Below are positions 1 through 11,567 of a DNA stretch of 64,000 nt, one piece after another. The position numbers were made by a program, and so were the translations under genes. Numbering within the stretch: the first letter of the stretch is position 1; each line of letters starts with the position of its first letter. Source of the stretch: Pavona decussata (lineage: Eukaryota); the NCBI GenBank assembly GCA_977016875.1, contig CDRNST010000214.1, forward strand, positions 3,844,001 to 3,908,000, given 5' to 3'. Below the pieces are notes generated by a model. It saw only the letters and a list, made by a program, of their open reading frames with translations. It did no database searches and was not told the DNA's origin.

Positions 1-3000
1 CCCGGGGTCAATTATAACTGGTTTGTCAAAACTGACCCGTGTTAAAACTTATTTTGTCCAAAGTATTTCAACTTAAAGTCCAAAACTATTCACTTAATTT
101 CTATGCCGAAATTCAACAAAATAGAGCCAATTCAACATTCTTTTAATGCGTTGTTGATCTCATACAAAATTTGCATAAGAACGTGAACATGCTAATTTCG
201 TTTTGCGGCTCCATTTCGTCTGCGGTTTCAAGTTACGATCTGAAAGCTCTATTTGTCTCCCTGCCCTGCTAATGCTTATTTTGTCCATGCTATTCGATTC
301 AATAGGAAAACTATTGACTAAAATATTTAGACTGAATGATTACCAGGAGAAAAATCATCAACTGAGTAGAACTAAAGCGATAATCTTTTTGATCTCCAAA
401 AATTTGCATAGGAACGTAAACATGACATATGCAAATTAAATGAAAACGCATTTTTGCATTGCCGGACTTATTCCAACAATTTAGATTTAAAATCTTCAGC
501 GAAGCTAATGGTAAAGTTTGATGTCAATGACCACAGGTAAATATAAAACACAACAATTATTTCAGTATCAAAAGCTTTTTGGCAAACTCTACCGTTGAAA
601 TTGAACGGCGCGCGCGCTCTTCGATAACGTATATTTTCTCCTCGTGTAGGCAGTTCTTGATATTTCTGAAATGTTCACATCAAACTGATTTTTGAGGCAT
701 TCTTTTGAAATAAAACTTTTCCAGAGGGGGGTGGGGGTGTATTCTGTATTTAAGGAATTTCCGAAGGGGTGGAGGGGTTAAAAAAATACCTCGAAAATGG
801 AAAATCCTGGGGGGTGGGGGGTCCTATGTGAAATTCCCTCCGTGGTGGGGGTATGGATATTTTCTGGAACCACACATTCAAGTTTTATCTGGTAACCGCT
901 CTATTGAGTGAACGTTTCCTGTACTCAATTACTGTGGTTTCCTTTTCTTTTGTAATAAATTTCTGTTCATAGTTATTGTTACCTTGATTATTCTTAACTT
1001 TTGCAAGCCAAAACTTCAATAAATGCCATTAAGTATTTAGAATGCCAAAATAAAAAATAAAAATAACAAGACAACCAAAGTAAAAGTTGGTCTTTTGTCT
1101 GATAATTGGACGCAGACATGGGACAGCAGAACTTTACTTGAAGATGCAGCAAGTACAAAGAAAGTGTTTGATTACAAATTCTCATTCTCAAATTAGCACA
1201 AATTAACCATGAAATATCATGAAACAAAAGCAATTTCAAGTTTTCCTTGTGCCCCTTACAAACTTGCATTCAAGTTGAATGGTCAGTGGACATTATAACA
1301 GTCTCTAGTAAAAACGTTCAGACTATTGTGTTCACATAGCTGCAAGGGGAATTACATGTAATCATGCACTTTCTTTGTCAATATAGCTGCATGCCTAAAT
1401 CAAAAGGGGAAGTGTTGTAAGTTTCAAATCCAAAAACCACAATTTGAGATTTTGTTGTTTGTCCATTATACAACCGTTCAAGCTCAATTCCGATTGTTCA
1501 AACAAAAGTCTTCCAACCCATAATACATGTAAATGCAATTTAAGTTGTTGAGATAGCAGTACAAAATATGTACTGCTAATATCTCCTGTACATTTGACAA
1601 CACTTCTCCTTTAATGCTTGGTTCACTATTGACAGCAGAACAAAACAAAAGATTATCTACACTGTCCAGCTGGTCACCACTTGAGCAATGCACATCTTCC
1701 ATCATCTCATCAGGCCTCTGATCCTGTTAATACAAATATGCAGATGTTAAAAAATCAGGCCCAGTAACTCAAATTTTGCATGATTGTTGTTTTAAAGATA
1801 GCTAGATGATTTTTTTTAGAAAATACCCAAACAAACAAACAAAAAGAAACACGAAAAATCAAGCCAGATAAATCACAGGGTTATGTTCCAAATGCCAATA
1901 ATTATTGTATTGTACTGTTCTATAACAGATAAACAAAACTTGCACAATTTTAAATTCTGTACACAAACTCCTTCTCCCTCAAATGTAACAATCCACAAAA
2001 AATCTAACACAGCTTTACCACATGGACAGGTTACAACAGCATTATTTTTCACACGTTCTGTTGCAAAAACATTACAAATTAATGCCAACTCTAATGCAAT
2101 GGTTGTTCTATGCCATGCTCATATTGTCATTCTATCATGCTCTTTGTTACATTACTAGGGAAGGGAGGTTACTCAGTGATTTTTTTACCCTACACCAACA
2201 CCATGTTAAGCTGCATTTTGCAACATAGCTCTAGATTACATGACAAAAATCTCTCCCCTATCTCAGACTTGTTGACTAAATTCTTCATACCACTGATAAT
2301 TTTAACTGTAAATAATACACTATTTTAGACCAAAATTTGCCAATTATTTGCATTTTCCTATTATTAAAAAAGAAGTACCGTCTCCTCTTTTTTGACAACA
2401 AATCACCGGCAGCTGTCCAGTTTCCAAAGCACATCTTTGTTCTAACTTTTCAGTACAATTAAAAAAAAATGGCTTCTTGCTTAACCATATTTAAATATAG
2501 ACATATTTTTTAATTTTAATGGTGCACCTAATAATTGCTTTTGAGTCATTTTGGTCAAAAAATGTTAAAAAACTAATGGGCAATTGCATTTTAAGAGACT
2601 AATGTCTGAAAATGGTGTTAAAAAATTATTCACACTTTGGTCTGAAATTGGGTCAGGATTTGGGAAACAGGTGGAACCTCCCCTCCCCGTCACCAAAAAA
2701 TTGCGGACAGAACGCCCCCCTTCAAACCCCCTACCCCGGATGTATCTTCGCCGCGTAACCCCGCGAAATTCAAACTTGGCGTAAACAGTGCAGTGAGACT
2801 TAATTACAACAATTTTAAATAATTCTATAGCTTAATCCAGGAGTTAATTAATCAAAACTCTGTCATTACGTATAGCTTTAAATTCGTAAACAACTAAAAT
2901 ACGTTATTTGATATTTCATGTTTTAAGAAGACCTACCTTCGCGATGTTTTCCTGGGCATGGTATAAATGCTGAGTCAGGTCGCATTCAAACAGAAACTTA

Positions 3001-3520
3001 GAACCTTGCAAACACCTGAAAAACGGCAAAGATGGTTTGTTCATCACATTTTAAATGCGCTTGAAACTTGAACCACAATTATAACAACGTAAAAACGCAA
3101 AATTTTTCAAATAAAATACCTTGACATTCAGAGATGAAGAAAGCTTGCGGCCACGTTTGGTTATGGGGTTGCAAAGCCTTTTGGGTCAACAAAACACGTG
3201 ATGAACCACGTGGCAAACTCGTGCCAAAACTCATTCCCAGGCCAAGAGAGTGGGCTCTTGGCATGGTCAGGATTGGTCAGGATTACTTCGGCTGGAAAAG
3301 AATGACAACAATTCTAGAATACAGCTGTAATGTTTTAATATGAGAAAAAAAAAAAAAAAAAAAATAATAATAATAATAATAATAAATAAAACGGGGGTGA
3401 TGAAAAGAAGAATGATGACTGCAGATAACTTTCTTTGTCCTCGCAATAGCAGAATGTGTTTAATCTTGAACAAAATTTCTTTCTGCCTTTTCGTGAAACA
3501 AGGTCACGGCTCTTAAAGTA

Positions 3521-3707
3521 CAGTCGGACCTCTATTAAGCGGCCACCTGGGGACTTTGAAAACTGGCCGCTTAATAGAGGTTGGCCGTTGAATAGAGATA
3601 TCGAATACAGCACTTTACTGACAAAAAAATAATTCGGGACTTATGAAAGTGGCCGCTTAATGGAGGGTGGCCGCTTAATAGGTGGCCGCTTAATAGAGGT
3701 CCGACTG
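3521..3707. mobile_element. Tc1/mariner/pogo-type MITE
   Basis: Perfect 28-bp TIR (CAGTCGGACCTCTATTAAGCGGCCACCT and its reverse complement), flanked by TA on both sides (3519-20, 3708-09). Internal repeats of GGTGGCCGCTTAATAG. Confidence 0.85.
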
Positions 3708-4159
3708 TATACATAATACTCGTCTGGGGGGGGGGGGGGGTGGGGTGGTAATGGGCTTCTGTTTAACTGTCGACCACCAAGTTCTTATACCTGATAAAAC
3801 GCCCATTAAAAGATGTATTGCAGTACGCGCGTTAGGGAAAGTAGTAAGATTTCGAGTTTAGGAGCGTCACCTTTGATCATAATCTCCTTGCTGTATTGTT
3901 AAAAGCTTTTCTCTAAAGACTTTGCTTTTCCAGTATTTCCTCCAGCCTGAGAGAAAAAAAAAAAGCCACAAAAGCCACAATTAAAAGTTGGCATAAACAT
4001 GTACAGACGAAAGCCTGCCAGTTTTGCAAGTTGACCGCAAGAAAGAAGCATCGCACAGAAACTGGCGACGGGTCAACGTTTAAATTAGCGCCAGGCCCTC
4101 CAAAAGGTCCCATTTAATCACGGTCATGACTTTTCGAAGGAAAATTTAAAAGCACAACC

Positions 4160-4378
4160 CAATCTCGTACCCAGAGTCTTCAGGCTTTTTGGTCAGCGGG
4201 GCAACGCCGGGAAGACTCTGGGGACATCGAATTTTATTACCGCAGGATTTCTGCGGTAAAACAATGGAAACCGTTACGGAACAGCCAATCAAAAAAATTG
4301 AATTTTTTCGATGTCCCCAGAGTCTTCCCGGCGTTGCCCCGCTGACCAAAAAGCCTGAAGACTCTGGGTACGAGATTG
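4160..4378. mobile_element. Mutator-like (MULE) MITE
   Basis: 72-bp perfect TIRs (4160-4231 / 4307-4378) and a 9-bp TSD AGCACAACC (4151-4159, 4379-4387). A 9-bp TSD with long TIRs is characteristic of MULEs. Confidence 0.85.
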
Positions 4379-5259
4379 AGCACAACCGAAAAACGACAAT
4401 TTATCTCAATCTTTTCTCGTGATCGGGGCATCTGATCAAAAAGTGCGGAAGCTTAAATTAAATCGATCACGGTATACAACTTGGTAAGGATAAAAGCTCC
4501 GATATACTAACAGCGGATCAAATATCTTTTCGAGGGTAAAAACTACGCCGTGCGGAGCTAAAAATGTATGGCATATAGCAGTACACGAACTCCTCGATCA
4601 CCTAAATACAAATCAAAGGCACAGAACAAAAAGTGCGGAAGGTCAAAATGAAGATCCACCTGTGTGTTTAATATAAACACTAAAAGACTAAAATATCCCT
4701 ACTTCTAACAGCTATCTTTTCTGTCTTGAAATTTCCCTGTTTCCACCATTCGGCATGCGATAAATACTGTGAAACGCCTTCCTCAACAACCGCAGCTTTT
4801 CCCTTCGATCGATTGCATCTTGTCCGCCATTTTTTAAATCCAAGGTAAGTTACCATAGTAACACTATGTTTAGTTACCAGTTTCCCCTCTTTTATGCTAT
4901 ATAAACAGGCTTGGTTTCTTAGTCGTTTTCCCGCGAAAGTCAAAGGTTTTAGAGAAACAGTGACACTGTTTTTTGCAAAAAATCCGCGATCTAACGCCCA
5001 AACATTGCCAAAACTATTTATTTCTTAAAATTCGTTGAGACAAGATTGTCTTTTTAAAATTATCTTTGGCAAATATAGTGATTTTTTTATTTGACTTTGG
5101 TGATTGTAAATCCACTATTGGTAAATGTAATTCCACCATCAGTGGCATCTATAGAAGGGATGTACACAATTTAAATTGCTGGAGAAGCATCCTGGGTTTG
5201 GAAGGATCTAAAAGCAGATCCATTATGTTATTTAGAAGCATTAAATTCATCTTTAAAGC

Positions 5260-7915
5260 CCATTGGCTATAAGATCAGCAAAAATGAAGAAATAGAATAG
5301 GCACAAGGCTTGGAGTGGAGACAAGGCATCTTCATTCAAAGGTTGCAAAAAAGCAAAAGCAAAAAGGACAAAATCGATATGCACTTCATTTGTAAGAAGA
5401 ATCACCGTTGATGAGTCTGAAGTTACTGAACTTTCACAGCAGTATTTTCAGGAAACAGAGATGCTTATAAACAGCAAATTTTGGAACTGAAAAAAAGCTT
5501 GATGAAAAAGCTGCAGAAGTTTTCAATCTTTTAAATGAAGCAATGAAGCAAAAACACAAGATATGCAAATTATAAGAGGCCACAGATGGACTCAGAAACA
5601 GAGGGAAATTAATTTGCATATTGGAGTCCACTAAAAATATTGTCAATTGAACAACTTCAGGTAACATTGCATGTTCAGTCAATGGAAGGAGGTGAGTGTC
5701 GCACATATAGCACAGCTAAGGGTGCAATCTATAAAAAGAGGACCAATGATTGAGAAGCATGTAACTGCATTTACTACTGATGGCCAGAAAGGAGGAGGAA
5801 TCTAGTAGTTTTACTGGGCACAGACATGCCCAATGGGGTTAGGCTGGGTCCCAGACGAGATACCCTCTCTACCCATCCCCACAACCCAAGACAGATAGCT
5901 CTGGGGATGGTCACTGCAAGGGACTGTTAAGATAGATGTACATGGTTCTTTTACAACCCACAAGGGTTAGATAAGGGAAGTGCTGTAAGACAGGCATAAT
6001 TTTTTATCCCTATAGGTGCAGGGGGGCTTATCTGGAAAGACAGAAATAATGGTATCACATTCCGGAACTCAGGAATCAATCCCCAGCCCCACTGCACCGT
6101 AGTCTGTTACCCACCCTGGAAGTCTGGGAGGTAGAGTATTCTTGGCCTCCCCCCCCTCCTCTCCCCACCCCCTTCCACTGACCATTCAAGTAGTTGGAGT
6201 AGCTTTGACTCCAGAGAAAAAAACTGCTGCAGTCCTATAGTATGCAGAGACATATGGTCTTGAACCCGTCTCTTTGCAAATACAGGAAAGAGAGACCAAG
6301 AAGGTTCATGAACTTCAGTTGTGTCCAGGTAAACCACAATTTGAAATCTTGTTCACCACTTCAGGCAAATGCATATAATTAAATTAGTAAATTCTCAAGC
6401 TCCTGTTAACAGTATATATTGCATGATAAAAGAAAGCATGTTATGGTATATTTTTTCTCAAACAATAGACTTTATTACAGTCAAAAGAATTAAAACACTT
6501 AAGAATGCCTCAAAACTCTTACTGAGCTTGCAATTCCTGTCACAATACAAAATTGACTATAATTGCAGCTTCACTTGTGTTTTTCAGGACAAAAAGGTGC
6601 TGTAAACCAAAGATCCACCAGAACCTACCCTTACAACAACAAATGCTGCCCAATGTGTAGACAACCATGGATCTAAATACAGTAAACTAAAGCATGAAGA
6701 GCAAGAAAAAGTGAAAAAAAAGTTTACATTTTGAACAGATTTGTTGTATCAAATGAAGCTTATCATGAATTCACTCAGCTTCAGGGTAATGAAGCCATGA
6801 TAAGGTCATACATAGTTGAAGAGTGCCAGGCTGACCTAAACAAAGGAATACAAGGCAAAATCAGCAAACCTTCAGAAGCAGAAATGTCCTTTACAATTGC
6901 TGATAAAAGATATCTGAGGCAGTAAGTAAAAATGTCTATGAAATTTCTATAAAATAACTTAAAAATAAGAAATGCTTTTTTTGCATTTTCTCACATGCCT
7001 TGTTGATAGATGAAATTAATAATAATTATTATAGATTATTTGTTTTCATTAATCTATGTTACCCTTTTCAAACTATCTAGGCATCATTAACATCTGCAAA
7101 AAAAATGCACAGTCATTTTTGTGAGCATATTGGGATGTACATGTATTTGTAACAGGTTTATACTGCACTTAAGGATGCCAGGATTTGCAATATATCACAT
7201 TGAAAAGGAAATAATTATGAACATTTTTGAGAATGAAAAAATAGTACACATTATAAACGATATCATTGAACAACTATGCATAATGCAATGATGATTAAGG
7301 TTATGACTGTCAAGTGCATGATTTTATTGCCAAGTACCAAATGACATGTAAAGCACATAATCAAAGTAATTGCTTTAAATTTAAGTAATACTCCATTTCT
7401 TTGATTAAGTACCAATAATTATTCTTGAAAAAAATAAATAAATTAGCTCCAAAGGCACTTGGTCAAGAAGAAAAGAACATTCCAACCCAAATTGTCCCCC
7501 TTCTTTATTCCTACATGCAGGTATTGAAAAGAAGAATGACAATGTGAGAAGAAATTTTTCATCGCAAGATCAATAGGTGGGTCCTTATGGATCCCTTCTG
7601 ACTGTGGAAAAATGACAAGAGGATTTGCTACAAAGCCAAAGGGAGACGTGCTGCTATGCAAAAGCAAATATTCAGCATTGGGAAGAAGGGGGAAAGAGCA
7701 ATGCTGCAAAAAAAAAATACCCCAGAATTTTCACTAATTACTCAGTGTTAGCTTCCCATAAGATAGCGAAAAGATTCTACAGAATAGGAGAAACAAATGC
7801 AGACAAGCAAGCAAGCAGTAGTCACAAAGTTCCATGCACTTCCATGGACCCCACTTCAGGACCTGATGCCAACAACAGTGTCAGAGTACTTCAACTGGAT
7901 AAATTGCTGTTATAA
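5260..7915 (+). pseudogene. Decayed RAG1-core/Transib-like DDE transposase fragments
   Basis: Frameshifted fragments: coiled-coil-like region ~5430-5660; ...ILNRFVVSNEAYHEFTQLQGNEAMIRSYIVEECQADLNK (~6690-6925); and, after an AG acceptor at 7520, GIEKKNDNVRRNFHRKINRW...EK*QE...YAKANIQHWEEGGK, which resembles the catalytic-Glu helix of RAG1/Transib (RAG1 EGNESGNKLFRRFR). Family assignment is from recall, not a search. Confidence 0.45.
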
Positions 7916-8094
7916 AGCAACTCTATAAACTCTAGCTAAACCTATCTACTTTATTGTTGTGTACAACTCTTGATATTTATTCTATAAAATAAAACTTTCT
8001 AGGCTCTCCTCTAACACATTTTAGCAAATCAATAACACCCATCGAAATAAAAACACCACACCAGTAAAATTCTCAACAGACTAACACAAATCAT

Positions 8095-8950
8095 GGTCTC
8101 CTACATAGCCATATTTCTGGGTCTTGTCACACAACGCACCTCCCCACAAATGGCTGCTCACATTCGAACCACATTCCTTTCCCATTGTGTTTTGTGGTCT
8201 ATTGAAGGGGCCAATCATGTATCAGCACAGCAAGAATGACGTAAGTTTTCGCATGAAAAAATGACAACAGAACAAAAATGACAAGCGAGAGACAACAATG
8301 AACCGTGATAAACAAACATCCTGCAATCTTCCTGCAGTGAGATACGAGAGCACAAGTGAAATCACCAGTATAGAAATACACGGATCCTGTGTCTTCACAG
8401 ATAACATTTATTTAGCGCTACCTCAAATCTTGCAGCTTTTCCGAGCCGATAAACCTAATCAAATGTCCCAGCTAGCATACATATATCAAAAACTAATCCT
8501 AATGGCTAGGAGTGATCAATAAAAAAACCTTCATTTATTATATTTAAGAATTCCCCCTCACATACAAGACAAACACCATTAAGTAGACCAGTCACATCAC
8601 ATTTTGACCAAAAGGGAAGAATCTCTTATAAAAAAGGAAAATCCCTTTAAGACATGCTTGTAAAAGCAAAACTGAAAAGGCTTTTATCAACACAACAGAC
8701 GCACAGTGGGAGTCACACAGGTATGCCAACCCCATTTTAATGTGATTCTTATCAAATTATCTGACGATTAAATGTGGGCTATGATTGGGCGAGTCGTCAA
8801 GAGATAATTTGATGCAAGGATGTTCCAGAAAATGGAACTGTAGCTGTGATTGGTTAAATTCGGGAAAGGAATGTGGTTCAAATGCGAGCAACAGTTTGTG
8901 GGGAGGAGCATTGCAGGACGAGACACAGAATGGTTACGAGGGAAACTACA
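8095..8950. mobile_element. Degenerate non-autonomous TIR element
   Basis: Imperfect inverted ends: TGGTCTCCTACATAGCC...CACACAACGCACCTCCCCACAAA (~8095-8150) vs TTTGTGGGGAGGAGCATTGCAGGACGAGAC...GAGGGAAACTA (~8895-8950). Confidence 0.5.
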
Positions 8951-8978
8951 CAAATCATAGTGTTTAGACCACCTGCGG

Positions 8979-9912
8979 CTAAACTATATGTTTCCAGATG
9001 GATACGGAAAGCCTTTGTGTCCACCTTCTCCTCTGCCTCCTTGATCTATCAGTACAATAAATCTGAGTAGAGCTGGAAAGAAAGGGACAGAGAAGGATTG
9101 GAGAAAAAAGCTCCCTCTCTGTTCCATAAGCATTTACCCATGCTCTTTCCCACCCAGGAGGAAATCTACAAAGGGAAAACCCCTCTTTCACAGTGCCCAT
9201 GTGCCCTGTGAACGCTGCTCCCCCTTGTCCCCGAAAAAAAATAAATACATAAATGCCCTAATTGGAAAATCAATAGTAAACTTGGAGGACAGATTCTGGC
9301 AGAGCTCAGCTAAACCGATGTTAAGAAGCATCTCGGAAAACCTCTCCACTTCCTCTTCTGACAAGGTGGGACACTCAAAATTTCTGAAACCAAAAAGAAT
9401 TAAAAATTTAAAAACAAAAAAACGATTTCTCGGAAGATTTTTTAAGGCTTTTAAAGTGATATTCTTTTCTTTACATAAATTATTACTCGTTCAGCTTAAG
9501 AAGTAAGCTTGGTATTAAATTCTGTAACGCAAAGCCATAACCTGATATTAATTTTTTTTAGCCGGATTCAAAAATTAACTTTCCCAGCCGCGCCACTTGA
9601 CAAAAAACCCCTAATTCTCCCTAAAACAAAAAACGAATAACAATTGCTGAAGAATACCAAGCTCAGTGTTCAAAAAAAAATTAGCGTGCGGTGCGTATTA
9701 CCAGCTCAATTGAAGCACTCGAATTAAAGATAAACGAAAACATAAAATGGAAATTGACGAACCTTTCGCTTCCTCTTGCCCAAGATATACTCTGCTTCAT
9801 AAACATCTGTTCTTGCTGATGTTCTTTTCACGGGCGATTGCAAAAGTTTCCACTCTGTAGTGCAAAAGCTTTGCAATCGTTTGCAGATCCGCTCCTCGTG
9901 GAGGGACGCCAT
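8979..9912 (-). pseudogene. Chromodomain-containing gene relic
   Basis: ATG in CAACATGGCG context; exon 1 ends ...DVYEAEYILGKRKRK|gt. The next exon (~9583-9620) reads GEL-(frameshift)-FFVKWRGWE, the chromodomain core. A later exon from ~9382 reads NFECPTLSEEEVERF... with frameshifts. Confidence 0.55.
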
Positions 9913-11055
9913 GTTGAAAAACTCGGGGTCGACCGCGTTTATTTTGTGAGGAGACTAGTACCGAAAGTATGAAATAAGCCAATCACGATTTTGCTAGAAC
10001 AATGGCATTGTTTATACGTCTGTTTAGACTAGAACCCAGACTCCTTGTTGTGGATATCACAAACGAATGGAATATTCTGTGCGATGGCTTCGCTTAACGT
10101 CTTTTACGAGCAAAAGGGAGCAAAAAACATAGAAATGAATTTCTCTCAAAATTTCTTAATGCAGTGCTGATGCCCCAAATCTTTTCTTTCTGACACACAA
10201 AAGTTTACAAATAATGTTTTTGGCAAAGAGTTGCGATCATTCGTAACTTCTTGGACTTCACAAAAAGTGACCAGCTCAACTCCAACCTCGCAAGCTGCTA
10301 AAATTAAACAACGAAAGGCCTGGGAATAAGATACATGTACCTCCAAACTGTACTGTACTGACATTATCGAACTTTCAATTATTTTTAATTTTTTTTTTTT
10401 ATTTAACTATATTTTATCACATAAGCTACAAAAAAATATGAGCGGAAGAAAAAATATTACAGAGAAAGTGGTGAGCAAGCCTTAGGAGAAACCATAGGGC
10501 TTATCTAACATGGAAAGATCTATGTGAAATATTTTGCCTGTGTGTATGGACATTAGGAAAACGGATCGATAACAAATTCAACATATCCTCAATCTTGGCG
10601 ACATTAAAGTGTTCCGCTTGAAAGGCAATCAAAAGCAAAGACATGAGGCATTGTAGTTTTCTTACTTTTCTTTCTAAAATTTTCTTACTTTTCGTTCTTC
10701 TTACTAACAAAATAGTATATAGTGACTGGAAGAATCTAGTGGTATTGCCTAATGTGTATTGCAGTGGCATAATGTGTGCACTGTAAATATGTCTTCTTCA
10801 TTCCCATCAAAACAAAGAGATGTTTTATGAAATGTTGGCCTTTTCCTATGCCTGAGAGCTTATTTTAGTCTTAAAAATGTATTTGATTTTATAGAATAAG
10901 AACCTTATTTAGAATTAAGGCTTATCAGGTTCTTATTTAAAGGGTGTCTAAATTAGTAAAAACCAGTGATAAACTGTGTTTGCAAGGACCACCGTGACAA
11001 AATAAAAGTACCGGATCCTGTAGTGAAGGATCTAATCAGCAAAAAAATTGTAAAG

Positions 11056-11552
11056 CATATAATCTAAAAAAAGAGCAAGGCTGATTTCACGGTCAGGGAA
11101 GTATATTTTCCAATATTTCGAAAGGCACGGCCTTTCTTCTTCAGGGTATGTTTGAGACTGACCCTGTGGCAAGATACGTTACAATTTAAACAGTTACAAT
11201 AGATACCTGAAAAAAGGCTAAAGTTACATAAACAAAAACGTTACAATTTGAAATTTGAAAATACAACTGGTAAATAGGTATAAGCTAACGTTACAACGTG
11301 GTAGACAAAACAAAATACGTAACAATGAGTTAATTACATAACTTAGGAAGATGAAAGACGGGAAAAATGTTCATGTCTCATCTCTCCTATTAAGACCTAA
11401 GGGTTCAATAGTTTGACCTCTGTCGATGAGGTATGCCTCTCTAGCTTTGCGTACACTGTCACGATTAGATTTGATGAATTCGAGGGGAATTAGTAGCATG
11501 TCAGAAGCGTTATGGTCGTTAGAAAGAAAATGTTCTGAAACTGTGGTGGGTT
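11056..11552 (-). repeat. Inverted pLTR copy of 14132-14628
   Basis: 497-bp near-perfect inverted repeat; I saw two mismatches by eye. Confidence 0.95.
11110..11146 (-). ncRNA. Minimal type I hammerhead ribozyme (inverted pLTR copy)
   Basis: Exact reverse complement of 14538-14574. Confidence 0.75.
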
Positions 11553-11567
11553 CCCAAAGGCCTAATC

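Noticed and set aside
1484-2959. Possible minus-strand spliced gene (MPRKTSRR|TKMCFGNW...KKRRR|DQRPDEMMED...)
   Set aside because: Exon phases did not reconcile and no domain was recognised; may be a TE-gene relic.
4680-4830. Minus-strand ATGGCGGAC start followed by ...VSQYLSHAEWWKQG...
   Set aside because: Early stop or frameshift and no recognisable family.
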